IMG/VR virus record: IMGVR_UViG_3300045988_096981
Coordinates: 1 to 33,598 of that record
Length of the DNA: 33,598 nt
Source: a virus
Strand: one strand, 5' to 3'
Shown: piece after piece, positions 14,043-22,608 of the stretch
How the letters are laid out: every line of letters begins with the position of its first letter
Position numbering within the stretch: position 1 is the first letter of the stretch
Made by a program: the position numbers and the translations under genes
The notes under the pieces: generated by a model
What the model saw: only the letters and a program-made list of their open reading frames with translations
What the model was told of the DNA's origin: nothing
The model's database searches: none

Positions 14043-15827
14043 TTAAGCTTTCTTCAAACCGATTGCTGATTTCAAGCCAGACAAGCCACCACCGATATAA
14101 AGCTCTTGCAAGAACTCTTCCTCGTTGGTCTCAAGCTTAAAGTTAGTGAAGGCTTCTACAGAAGTATCACCAACAGTCTTGTACGCACCAAGCACGACAA
14201 CATATGCGTCGTAGTCTGGATCAGTTGCGTCAGTAAACCATGTTGGCTCAATGATAGTAGCTGTGTCTAATACGTCTTCAGCCTTTGCGCCAATCTGGAA
14301 CAAGTATTTACCGTCAGCACCCTTTTCAAAGCGTGCGCTTGTTGCAAAGCCTTTCTTAGCGATAAGAACAATCTCACCGTCAGTACGGATCATGTCCTTA
14401 GCTCGAGCTACAGCTTCAGCGCGGCTCATACCTGCTGTAATAGTCAACTCATCACCGAAGGTATTCTTTGCTTTTACGTCTGACTTAATAGAAGTAAATG
14501 ACGTAATCTTGCGCTTGTCGCTATCTTCACGACCGTCACCGATAACAGCAGCACGTTCAACTTCGCGAATAATTCGGGTAGGCAATTCGTTCAGAACGTA
14601 TTTCATCAATGCGCCTGTTGATTTGTTCTCACGGATAGTCTGCTTGTCGAGTACCAAGTACTTGTAAATCACGCCTGCGCGGATTGTACGGCTTTCAAAG
14701 TCAATAACTTGCTGGTCTTTCTTTTCGCCCTTCTTGTGTCCGCCTGCACGACTAGTGTCAGCTTCGACATCGGCTTTGTCCCAGGTAACCTTGAATACAT
14801 CTAGACCAGTCTTGTTCAATTTGCTGAAGATTTCACCTGATGTTACAGCGTCTTCAATAGCAGAAACGACAGGCTCTGGCAGTTTGAAAAACTCTTTGTC
14901 GGTCAAGTTATTCTTAACCAAAACATCTTGCCAAGCGCTCTTAACGTCATTAAAAGTACGACCAGCGTTTGCCATCAATACTTGTGTAAAATCTCGCACT
15001 GATGCTTGAGTTTTTAGATAGTCATTAACAGTAGGGGTTGTCGTAACCTCTGCTTGCTCTTTTGGCTCGATGATTTGAGCCTTTGCGATTTCCTCGTTCA
15101 TTTCGTTCTCCTCTTCTTTACCTGATTTATCTTCTACTGGCGGCTCAGGTGTGTCGTCAGCAGGTTCTTCGACCTTTTCGGTCTCTTCACTTTTCACTCG
15201 TGTAGCGATTGCCATAGCTGGTGCCAAGCATGCGTCTTTCACGATTGAGGTATAGCTAGCGGCAGCTTTCATAGCGTCAGACAAGCTTGTTTTCGCTTCT
15301 ACTGCTTCGGTTGCAAATCCAAGCTCCACAGCTTCAGCGGCAGTCATCCACGTCTCAGCAGCTAACAGTTCTTCTATCTTTTCTTCAGATAGTCCTGTTC
15401 GGCTTGCATAAACTGGAATCATACTCTCACAAGTCTTCTCTAACATCTCAACAGCTCGACCTAATTCGTCTGCATTTCCAGCTGCGATTGTCCACGGCTT
15501 GTGAACCATCATCATCGCGCCAGGTAGCATAACGATTTCGTCGCCAGCCATTGCTATGAGAGACGCTATAGACGCGGCTAGTCCATCGACCTTTACTACA
15601 ACACGTCCGTTATATTCACGGAGCATATTGTAAATCGATACACCAGCGAATACATCACCCCCAGGACTGTTAATCCTCACTGTAATGTCGCCTGTACGCG
15701 CAGCTAATTCCTCTTTGAAAAGTTTTGGCGTAACGTCGTCCTCGAGCCAACTCTCACTAGCAATAGTGCCATTGATAATTAACTCGTTTGAGGCTTCAGC
15801 TTTCGCCCACTTCCAGAATTTATCCAT
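14043..15827 (-). CDS. Fusion protein: ClpP/S14-type prohead protease, an acidic scaffold-like linker, and an HK97-fold major capsid protein
   Basis: The N-terminus carries INSPGGDVFAGVSIYN, VDGLAASIASLIAMAGD and MMVHKPW (ClpP-like Ser/His context). The middle is Glu/Pro-rich. The C-terminal ~330 aa sit in the capsid position and no separate capsid ORF exists. Confidence 0.8.
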   Translation of the reverse strand: MDKFWKWAKAEASNELIINGTIASESWLEDDVTPKLFKEELAARTGDITVRINSPGGDVFAGVSIYNMLREYNGRVVVKVDGLAASIASLIAMAGDEIVMLPGAMMMVHKPWTIAAGNADELGRAVEMLEKTCESMIPVYASRTGLSEEKIEELLAAETWMTAAEAVELGFATEAVEAKTSLSDAMKAAASYTSIVKDACLAPAMAIATRVKSEETEKVEEPADDTPEPPVEDKSGKEEENEMNEEIAKAQIIEPKEQAEVTTTPTVNDYLKTQASVRDFTQVLMANAGRTFNDVKSAWQDVLVKNNLTDKEFFKLPEPVVSAIEDAVTSGEIFSKLNKTGLDVFKVTWDKADVEADTSRAGGHKKGEKKDQQVIDFESRTIRAGVIYKYLVLDKQTIRENKSTGALMKYVLNELPTRIIREVERAAVIGDGREDSDKRKITSFTSIKSDVKAKNTFGDELTITAGMSRAEAVARAKDMIRTDGEIVLIAKKGFATSARFEKGADGKYLFQIGAKAEDVLDTATIIEPTWFTDATDPDYDAYVVVLGAYKTVGDTSVEAFTNFKLETNEEEFLQELYIGGGLSGLKSAIGLKKA

Positions 15828-15881
15828 TAGCGTTCCTTTTTAAGGTTATTATTCGGCGCTCAAATGAGCATTGCCTTAATT

Positions 15882-16094
15882 TCATTCTGAGGTGCTATCG
15901 TGAGTGCGTGGTGGCTTCTCATCTTCAGTGAAGACAAGCTGTTTTATCTTGTCAGAGCAGTCAGTCGCGAATAGAACTTTAATATTCAATTTCGCTTTAC
16001 ATTTAGAGTTTGGGCAAATTAAACCCTGTATGGCAGTAGAAGTAACAGCTTCAAACAAATATCTACCACAATACTTACAGTTTATCTTTATCAT
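15882..16094 (-). CDS. com: Mu Com-like zinc-ribbon protein (70 aa)
   Basis: MIKINCKYCGRYLFEA...LICPNSKCKAKLNI parallels Mu Com (IRCKNCNKLLFKA...IRCPRCK). Confidence 0.65.
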   Translation of the reverse strand: MIKINCKYCGRYLFEAVTSTAIQGLICPNSKCKAKLNIKVLFATDCSDKIKQLVFTEDEKPPRTHDSTSE

Positions 16095-18118
16095 TGCTTA
16101 ATCCTGAATTTCGGGCGACCACCACAATTAGGATGAATAGGTCCGCCAATATTTTCTTCATAATCATTTACCCATGTGCCGCTGTCTGTTTCTATTGCTT
16201 CGTTAAGCTTAATCATCGGTTGAGCAACAGGCTTCCAGATTCCTTCCAATGCTCTACACTCTGGGCAATGTGCGCCAACTGGATGATTTATAGTTTTCTC
16301 AATTTCTGCCCCTGTTTCAGATTCGAGCTGCTTCATTGCCTCCACATCACCAACACTCTCAGAGCGCTGTATTTCAGTGCGAGCTAATCGAGCAACTCTG
16401 TATTCGTCAGTATTCATGATATCTCTCAGCAAGTCTCTTGTCTGACTTTCGCTTAAATTATCAAGATGCGATCGCTCTAGTGTATCGTTGATGACCTTTT
16501 TGGTTTCGTCATCGTATGATTTAGCTACTCGTGTAAGATGTGAGCGGTAATCTGCTCTAGCAGTATCAGATAGGACAAACTCGTCAGTACTTTCAGTGTC
16601 TAGTCCTGCGCTCTTAACCATGTCTAAGCCTTTTTTGTATTGATCTGTACCACTAGAGATAAGCAATAGAGTGATTAACGCTAACGAATCTTCTATAAAA
16701 CGCTCTAACTTGTCGTCTTCAGCTTCGTTTTGAGTGCCAAGTTCTTGAATGGCTTGGTCAACACGGCTTTGCATAAAACTCTTTGCAATATTATACAGTT
16801 TGTCATACTCAGAGGCTTCGGCTTTAAGCGCACCTACTGTGCGTGGGTCTGGGGCTTTCTCCACTTCGCTGCCCTCGTCAACTTGTGGCTTGTCGTTTTC
16901 TATTTCAGTATTGTTATTTTCGCCCAGTTTGAGAAGTTTGTAATTCTGTGGTAGTTTGAGTGCATCAATAACAGAATCTAATTCGTAACCTTTATCAACC
17001 AGCTTTAAGATGGTATCTGTGTTAGTTGCCATCACTTCTGCCTCAACCTTTTTACGGTCGGCAATCTCTGGTATTTCATAGTCAAAAGTAATAGCAACAC
17101 CGATACCACCAGTAATCCTATTGAGTTCATGCGTTAAACGAGAGTAAATTTTAAGCGCTCGTGGATAAACAACACGCTTAGCAAAACCACGCTCGGAAAC
17201 GTCAGCATTTGAGTACTTAGCTTGGTCGTCAACGCCTTTAATAATCTGACTAACACCATACGCCATGTCGATTCGCTTGTTTGCCTGCTCAAATACAGCT
17301 GCAAAATCAATATCTTTTTGAGATTGTGCATATGGTATCCACTGAATCTGTGCTTCAGCGGGTTTATTCGTTGTCGGGTCAATCGGACGATGAGAATATG
17401 TAACGTTACCATTTTTACCAGCTCCACGGTGGCGAGATTCCAACAGGTCAACCATATCATTATATTCACGGGCAGTACGAGCTGCAATGACAAACATACC
17501 AGCAGGAATCGCGTTATTCTCAAAGAAACCACGTTGGAAATCAGCAATATAATCGTCTAATGTAATCCATTGGGTAGCGGCTTCAGTTGGTGAGTATCCA
17601 GCGTATAAGTTACTTGGGTCAACACCTCCAGAGATTACAATGACTTGATCTTCAGTAAAAGTCTCAGCCCCTACTTGATAGTAGGTCTTGTTATCACGAC
17701 GTGTAATACTTGGATGCTCTAAGAACGTGAATCCAGCAATGTTCTGACCTTTGAATCCATAATTCGTAGTCTTTACAGCTTTACCGTCCTCTTTTGCCCA
17801 AACTAGAATAAATGTATTACGATTTACTAGAGTAGAAACAATAAGCTTCTCGCTAAACGATACGAAATCATCGACACGGTTAGGATGATAAAGAGCATTA
17901 AGAATTGGATTGTTCTGTACGGTCTTGCCATTCGAGTCGATGACTTTTGGCATGATAGTGATAAATTCATTAGCAATCGCTTGAATGTTTGGATAGGCAG
18001 AATCGTACTTACTTGCACAATAGCGACTATACCAATCTCCTGTATTAAAATTAGCTAACGAAGAAATGCCCTCAACCTTTACTTGAGATTTTGGCTTAAA
18101 AAGTGACAATAAATTCAT
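16091..18118 (-). CDS. Portal protein fused to a Mu F / SPP1 gp7-like head morphogenesis domain
   Basis: 675 aa, immediately after TerL. The C-terminus ...HPVGAHCPECRALEG...GGPIHPNCGGRP resembles the Mu F HPNCRC-type end. Confidence 0.85.
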   Translation of the reverse strand: MNLLSLFKPKSQVKVEGISSLANFNTGDWYSRYCASKYDSAYPNIQAIANEFITIMPKVIDSNGKTVQNNPILNALYHPNRVDDFVSFSEKLIVSTLVNRNTFILVWAKEDGKAVKTTNYGFKGQNIAGFTFLEHPSITRRDNKTYYQVGAETFTEDQVIVISGGVDPSNLYAGYSPTEAATQWITLDDYIADFQRGFFENNAIPAGMFVIAARTAREYNDMVDLLESRHRGAGKNGNVTYSHRPIDPTTNKPAEAQIQWIPYAQSQKDIDFAAVFEQANKRIDMAYGVSQIIKGVDDQAKYSNADVSERGFAKRVVYPRALKIYSRLTHELNRITGGIGVAITFDYEIPEIADRKKVEAEVMATNTDTILKLVDKGYELDSVIDALKLPQNYKLLKLGENNNTEIENDKPQVDEGSEVEKAPDPRTVGALKAEASEYDKLYNIAKSFMQSRVDQAIQELGTQNEAEDDKLERFIEDSLALITLLLISSGTDQYKKGLDMVKSAGLDTESTDEFVLSDTARADYRSHLTRVAKSYDDETKKVINDTLERSHLDNLSESQTRDLLRDIMNTDEYRVARLARTEIQRSESVGDVEAMKQLESETGAEIEKTINHPVGAHCPECRALEGIWKPVAQPMIKLNEAIETDSGTWVNDYEENIGGPIHPNCGGRPKFRIKQ

Positions 18119-18135
18119 AATACTATTATCGTTAC

Positions 18136-19296
18136 CTATCGTACGCCACCGTACTCTATCTGAGGAATAAACATCTCGGTAAGCCTATACCTAGCGGCGT
18201 CTAACGCGTGGTCATCACCGTCTTGTGGTACGTTTAGACTTTTACCTGACCTATCAGTTGCCCACATATATCTTAGATATTCTTTCTGTAGATTGGTTGA
18301 GTTCTTTGTGTATTTAATATTAAGCTCGCTCATCTTATTAACGCTCCATTGTCTATAAGTTTGCTTAGCATCACCGCTGGTCTTAGTCACTCCTTTAACC
18401 GTACAGCCCAGCTCCACAAGCTCAGCAATGTCTTTAGGTGCGGCACTATCTGCAACTCCCAGCACACCAGCCAATCCTTCTCTATGAATAACCTCTGAGA
18501 TATCCTTATTAAACAACCCAGTGCTGTAAAGCCTCTCATCAAGAATATATCCGTCAGCTTCTCGATAAACACAAACAAGCGCTGTTGGGTCATTCGTAAA
18601 GCCGAAGTCTAGTCCGTAACCTATTAGTTCAGCATGAGTCGGTACTTCCTCAATAACTTTCCAGCCATGAAATACTAGACCTTCCAATTCACCAATCTGT
18701 CCCTCGCCATAGACTTTCCACCAGTTCTTATTAGAGCGACGCCTTTCGATTGTCGCAATGATACTATCTTCAAGAGCTTCATTATCTTTATAGGTTACAA
18801 TAACGAAATCAACATCATCACGTCCTACTAGTCCATGCGCCCAATATTCAGCCGTTGGGTTGTAGTCAAGATAAATAAACTCACGCGTACGAACTTCTAG
18901 CTGATTGAACGCATCTTCTCTGATTAAGTTAGCCTCATTGATAAATAGGACATCTCGTCTAGGACCTCTAGCTTTGTCGTCATCAAGGGATACGAACTCA
19001 AACATCGTTCCATTAAATAAAGTAAATGTGTAATCTGATTTGTTCTCTTTGATTCTGTAGTACTGCCAATAATTATTAGCCGTGAGTATATTCTTGAAGT
19101 CTCGCAATGCACCTCGCTTAAGATGAGGCAGGTTGATACTTGCGATGGTTATTATCTTGTCTGGGTTTTTCGTAGCATATTCAAGTAACAATAATAGTAT
19201 AGCTATTGTCTTGCCAGCACTTGTACCACCTTGAACAATGCGGATACGTTTGTTGAGCCGCTTTATCTTATGATAAGTGGAGGTCTTGCCAAACAC
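18136..19296 (-). CDS. terL: Terminase large subunit (PBSX/Terminase_3-like)
   Basis: Walker A VQGGTSAGKT near the N-terminus, the acidic motif VLFINEA, and a C-terminal nuclease-like DGDDHALDAARY. Confidence 0.9.
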   Translation of the reverse strand: MFGKTSTYHKIKRLNKRIRIVQGGTSAGKTIAILLLLLEYATKNPDKIITIASINLPHLKRGALRDFKNILTANNYWQYYRIKENKSDYTFTLFNGTMFEFVSLDDDKARGPRRDVLFINEANLIREDAFNQLEVRTREFIYLDYNPTAEYWAHGLVGRDDVDFVIVTYKDNEALEDSIIATIERRRSNKNWWKVYGEGQIGELEGLVFHGWKVIEEVPTHAELIGYGLDFGFTNDPTALVCVYREADGYILDERLYSTGLFNKDISEVIHREGLAGVLGVADSAAPKDIAELVELGCTVKGVTKTSGDAKQTYRQWSVNKMSELNIKYTKNSTNLQKEYLRYMWATDRSGKSLNVPQDGDDHALDAARYRLTEMFIPQIEYGGVR

Positions 19297-19297
19297 G

Positions 19298-19657
19298 CTA
19301 CTCTTTCTTTGATAAATCCTCTAGCGGTTTTGGCGCTTCAATATTAGTCTGCTCGATGGTTTGTTTTGGCGTGCCATAAACCTGGTTAATCATCGCCTCA
19401 ATCTCTTTCCACTGAGCTTTTCTTATAGCTATAGCCAATTTACGCTCGAACAGACTCTTATTCTCGTCTTCAGCGACTTTACGCAGATCTTCCTCTGTGA
19501 GCTTTATCATCTGCTCGAGTTTATATCGTGCTGTTTCTGTTTTCTTCCAGGCGCCATTATGTCTGCGTTCTGGGTGTGCTTCAAATCCTGGTGGCGTTGG
19601 AACTCCATTCCTACCAACCGACGGTTTGCGTTGCTTTCTAGGGGCTTCTGCTGTCAT
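19298..19657 (-). CDS. terS: Putative terminase small subunit (119 aa)
   Basis: Immediately upstream of TerL with a basic N-terminus and an AAGGAGG RBS. Assigned by position. Confidence 0.55.
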   Translation of the reverse strand: MTAEAPRKQRKPSVGRNGVPTPPGFEAHPERRHNGAWKKTETARYKLEQMIKLTEEDLRKVAEDENKSLFERKLAIAIRKAQWKEIEAMINQVYGTPKQTIEQTNIEAPKPLEDLSKKE

Positions 19658-19675
19658 ATCATTCCTCCTTATTGC

Positions 19676-20470
19676 CTACACAAGTCCCCATTCGGCGAAC
19701 TTCTCAAAACCACCAACACCTTCAATGTACTTTCTAGCAATTTCAACTATTTCAGAATAGGGTAGCCCATCAACCATCTCGTCGCCTATAGCACAACTAA
19801 TATTTACTACTTCGCCCGTCTGCTGAGCCTTCAGATATGCGTAAATGTTTACAGCCACATCTGCCTTGCTTAAATCCTTGCCATGCAAGCCACCACCAGT
19901 TACGGCTTCGCCCATATCGCTTCCGAGCTTTCTATTTGTAGCACCAGTATCAACATCTAGTCCTCCAGTCCAGTCTCCGAGAGGATTTATGACTAGGTTT
20001 GTATATTGTGCCTGTAGCCGTTCTCTCAAATCTGCTGATGAGGCATGCGACTGGCAGACTATCAACCGACCGTCGTCGAGAATATACTTGCCGTCAGTCG
20101 GATAATCATTAAATAACTTTTTAACAAGATCAGAGAGCTCTTTTACGACAGAGTTCGTTGGAATCCCCTTGAATATCCCATTATCGCCCGCACGCAACTT
20201 CTCATGTTGGTTACGCGCTAGTTCAGCATCCTGAGCTACACTAATAACCTCCACGGATGAAATCTCTGACAATCTGTATACAATGTCATGAATACTTTCG
20301 TTGCTGATGTTAACGTTCGACTCAATGACAATAAAAGCCTTTTTGTGACCAATTAGCACTTCAACTGCAATCTTCGGGTTCTCTGCCTTCTGATACGCCA
20401 AGTCGACTATTGCACCAGCTATTCTGTCTGCTACTTTGTCAGGGTGTGTAGGGTTTACTTTTTCGATCAT
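19676..20470 (-). CDS. metK: Minimal S-adenosylmethionine synthetase (methionine adenosyltransferase, 264 aa)
   Basis: Motifs align with E. coli MetK: THPDKVADRIAGAIVD vs GHPDKIADQISDAVLD; AGDNGIF vs AGDQGLMF; INPLGDW..GGLDVDTGATNRKL...TGGGLHGKDLSKADV vs INPTGRF..GGP.GDCGLTGRKI...GGGAFSGKDPSKVDR. Confidence 0.8.
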   Translation of the reverse strand: MIEKVNPTHPDKVADRIAGAIVDLAYQKAENPKIAVEVLIGHKKAFIVIESNVNISNESIHDIVYRLSEISSVEVISVAQDAELARNQHEKLRAGDNGIFKGIPTNSVVKELSDLVKKLFNDYPTDGKYILDDGRLIVCQSHASSADLRERLQAQYTNLVINPLGDWTGGLDVDTGATNRKLGSDMGEAVTGGGLHGKDLSKADVAVNIYAYLKAQQTGEVVNISCAIGDEMVDGLPYSEIVEIARKYIEGVGGFEKFAEWGLV

Positions 20471-20491
20471 ACTATTCCTCTCTTTCCTTTT

Positions 20492-21061
20492 TTACAATTC
20501 AATCTCTGGTGTAGCTTTCTCCCAGCCCTCCTCGGAGCCGGTAATTATCTTGTGCCACCGCTTTCTTACAACATCAACATAGGCTGGCTCTAATTCTGAA
20601 GCCACGCAGATTCTGTCTGTCTGTTCACAAGCAATCAGAGTTGATCCACTGCCTGCGAAAGGTTCATAAATAACATCTTTGGCTTTCGATATGGATAGGA
20701 TAGCTTTCGCCATTAGCCCAACAGGCTTCATAGTTGGATGGTCTTTACTTTTACTTGGGTTATTAAAAAACCACACATCAGACTGAGACCGACCACCGCT
20801 CCATGCTCTGCGTTCGTTGATATCTCCGTATATAGCCATTTCGGCGGTAGATTCGTCACCGCTTTCTGCGTCATACTTTCCATCCGATACATGATAGAGT
20901 ATCGGCTCGAATTGATGCTGGAAGTCTGACCCTCCAAGAGTGAACCTGTTCTTCACCCAAATAATATAACTCCTCCATACCAACCCAGCAAGCTCCAAAC
21001 TGGTGCGAAAATCATCTAGCTTAAGAGGGGACATAAACGCCAATACCCCCCCCCGAAACAT
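20492..21061 (-). CDS. DNA methyltransferase, C-terminal fragment (SAM-binding FAGSGST region) of the split ParB-MTase
   Basis: Motifs HPTMKPVGL and IYEPFAGSGSTLIACEQ are present. This frame is +1 relative to 21021-21734, and the two frames overlap at the G9 tract. Confidence 0.8.
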   Translation of the reverse strand: MFRGGVLAFMSPLKLDDFRTSLELAGLVWRSYIIWVKNRFTLGGSDFQHQFEPILYHVSDGKYDAESGDESTAEMAIYGDINERRAWSGGRSQSDVWFFNNPSKSKDHPTMKPVGLMAKAILSISKAKDVIYEPFAGSGSTLIACEQTDRICVASELEPAYVDVVRKRWHKIITGSEEGWEKATPEIEL

Positions 21062-21734
21062 TACGGCTAATACTACTAGCTACGTCGTCTAAGAATTTAC
21101 GAAAATCATCATCAGACATTTTGTCGTTGGCAATCTTCTTTCTGCGTCTATGTGCGCCCCCAGTATATCCAATTCCGTACGGAGGATCTGTTACGCACGC
21201 CGTAGCGGGACTTTCGAAAAATCTATCCATATCCATAAACGAACCACAGTATAAAATGTGTCGACCTAGACGATATGCTTTTCCAGCCTCAGAAACAGCA
21301 GGAGAATCATCTTCTACTGGCGGTGGAGTGTCTTCTGTGATGTCTACATCATTGAGCATGACAGGCAAGTCTAACCCCCACGCATCGAGCTGCTCTCCAT
21401 CCCACTCATTTGCTAACAAATCATAATCCCAATCGCCACCACTGACATTGTCTTTAATGACAAATTCGCGCTGCTTCTCATCACTCCAGTCTACAATCTT
21501 TACAGGTATTGTTGTTAAGCCAGCCTCTTTAGCTGCACGATAGCGCATATTACCGCCAAGTATCGTCATGTCCTTATTCACGACAATTTCACGCGCCTCA
21601 ATCATTTCTGGAAAATCTTTCAGAGATTGAACAAGTTTCTTGAATGCGTCGTCCTTAATAATTCTTGGATTATTTGGATTTGACTTGATTTTTGACAAGT
21701 TAACATATTGACGAGATATCTTTTCAGCCGTCAT
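21021..21734 (-). CDS. ParB-like nuclease domain plus the N-terminal part of an N4/N6 DNA methyltransferase (DPPYG motif), truncated by a frameshift
   Basis: IKSNPNNPRII...GGNMRYRAA gives the ParB N-terminal motif. CVTDPPYGIGY is the catalytic motif. The frame ends 8 codons after the homopolymer. Confidence 0.8.
   Translation of the reverse strand: MTAEKISRQYVNLSKIKSNPNNPRIIKDDAFKKLVQSLKDFPEMIEAREIVVNKDMTILGGNMRYRAAKEAGLTTIPVKIVDWSDEKQREFVIKDNVSGGDWDYDLLANEWDGEQLDAWGLDLPVMLNDVDITEDTPPPVEDDSPAVSEAGKAYRLGRHILYCGSFMDMDRFFESPATACVTDPPYGIGYTGGAHRRRKKIANDKMSDDDFRKFLDDVASSISRNVSGGGIGVYVPS
21046..21054. repeat. C9 (coding-strand G9) homopolymer at the frame break of the ParB-MTase
   Basis: Counted directly: CAATA-CCCCCCCCC-GAAAC. 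Removing one G joins ...SRNVSGG to VLAFMSPLKL... in one frame. Confidence 0.95.
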
Positions 21735-21976
21735 TTTATTACCTCCACTAAAATTATTATTAAACCTATTGCCGAAATCGGCTTCAACAAATAACTAAAC
21801 TCAGTCATTGATAATATCCACATCAATACTGACGTCCACACACCAGTACAAATCATGCACTCTAAAACACGCACTTTTCTATTAATCAGCATTGAGCGTA
21901 ATTTACTAAATATATCAAACGGACCTGATGTAGCAGTCAATAAGTAAGCAAGAGCAAATCCAGCTAGAGCTATCAT
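21731..21976 (-). CDS. Small membrane protein (81 aa, DUF1360-like?)
   Basis: Three hydrophobic segments and a CMIC motif. 4-nt overlaps on both sides. Confidence 0.5.
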   Translation of the reverse strand: MIALAGFALAYLLTATSGPFDIFSKLRSMLINRKVRVLECMICTGVWTSVLMWILSMTEFSYLLKPISAIGLIIILVEVIK

Positions 21977-22206
21977 TCTTTATCTCCTGGTAATTTGCCT
22001 AACGGATAGGCTTTATTGTCAATAACGCAAAAAGGTTGTGGTAACTTCCAGGCAGCCGCTTCTTTATAAAAACTTTCACTTAGAGGTGTTCGGATGACTT
22101 GAACTACATATCCATTATTCATAGCGTACTCTTCAAGGCGTTCCATCTGCACTTTGTAATGACCGCAACTTGCACATTCTTTTTGATAGACTTTAATAAC
22201 TTTCAT
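21973..22206 (-). CDS. Glutaredoxin/NrdH-like thioredoxin-fold protein (77 aa)
   Basis: A CASC (CxxC) motif follows the first beta strand (MKVIKVYQKECASCGHYK), and the fold ends with ...PFCVIDNKAY. Confidence 0.55.
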   Translation of the reverse strand: MKVIKVYQKECASCGHYKVQMERLEEYAMNNGYVVQVIRTPLSESFYKEAAAWKLPQPFCVIDNKAYPLGKLPGDKE

Positions 22207-22511
22207 CGCACAAACCTCACTTTCCTATTAGTTAAATCAGGCAACCCTCTTGCTTTTTGAATAGCTAAATCGTATTTATTCGCCCTTTCGAAGACTTCCT
22301 GGATAGTTATTTTCTTTCGTTCCATTAGAAACCTACGAAAAGGAGAGAAACTGCGACTATATGAAGTTCTGTCGTAGACAAACCAGCGATGAAATACATA
22401 CACACATTCTCTATCGCATACATAAATAGCTTCATGACTGTAGAATATGACTGTTAAATTAGATACTTCGCGTATCGGTATGTAGTCTATTCTTCTAGTC
22501 ACTTTCGCCAC
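22203..22511 (-). CDS. Hypothetical protein (102 aa, GTG start after a GGGAG RBS)
   Basis: Open frame with an RBS. No motif recognised. Confidence 0.5.
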   Translation of the reverse strand: MAKVTRRIDYIPIREVSNLTVIFYSHEAIYVCDRECVYVFHRWFVYDRTSYSRSFSPFRRFLMERKKITIQEVFERANKYDLAIQKARGLPDLTNRKVRFVR

Positions 22512-22538
22512 CTAGCAACTCCCAATTGTTAAAGAAAT

Positions 22539-22566
22539 AAAAAAACACGAGACAAGTAGTCCCGTG
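22539..22566 (-). terminator. Rho-independent terminator after the 304-aa ORF
   Basis: Minus-strand RNA reads CACGGGAC-UACUU-GUCUCGUG followed by U7. The internal mismatch is G:U only on the minus strand. Confidence 0.75.
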
Positions 22567-22608
22567 TTAATTTAATTATATTATTATATAGACAGGTTGT
22601 CTAGAGTT

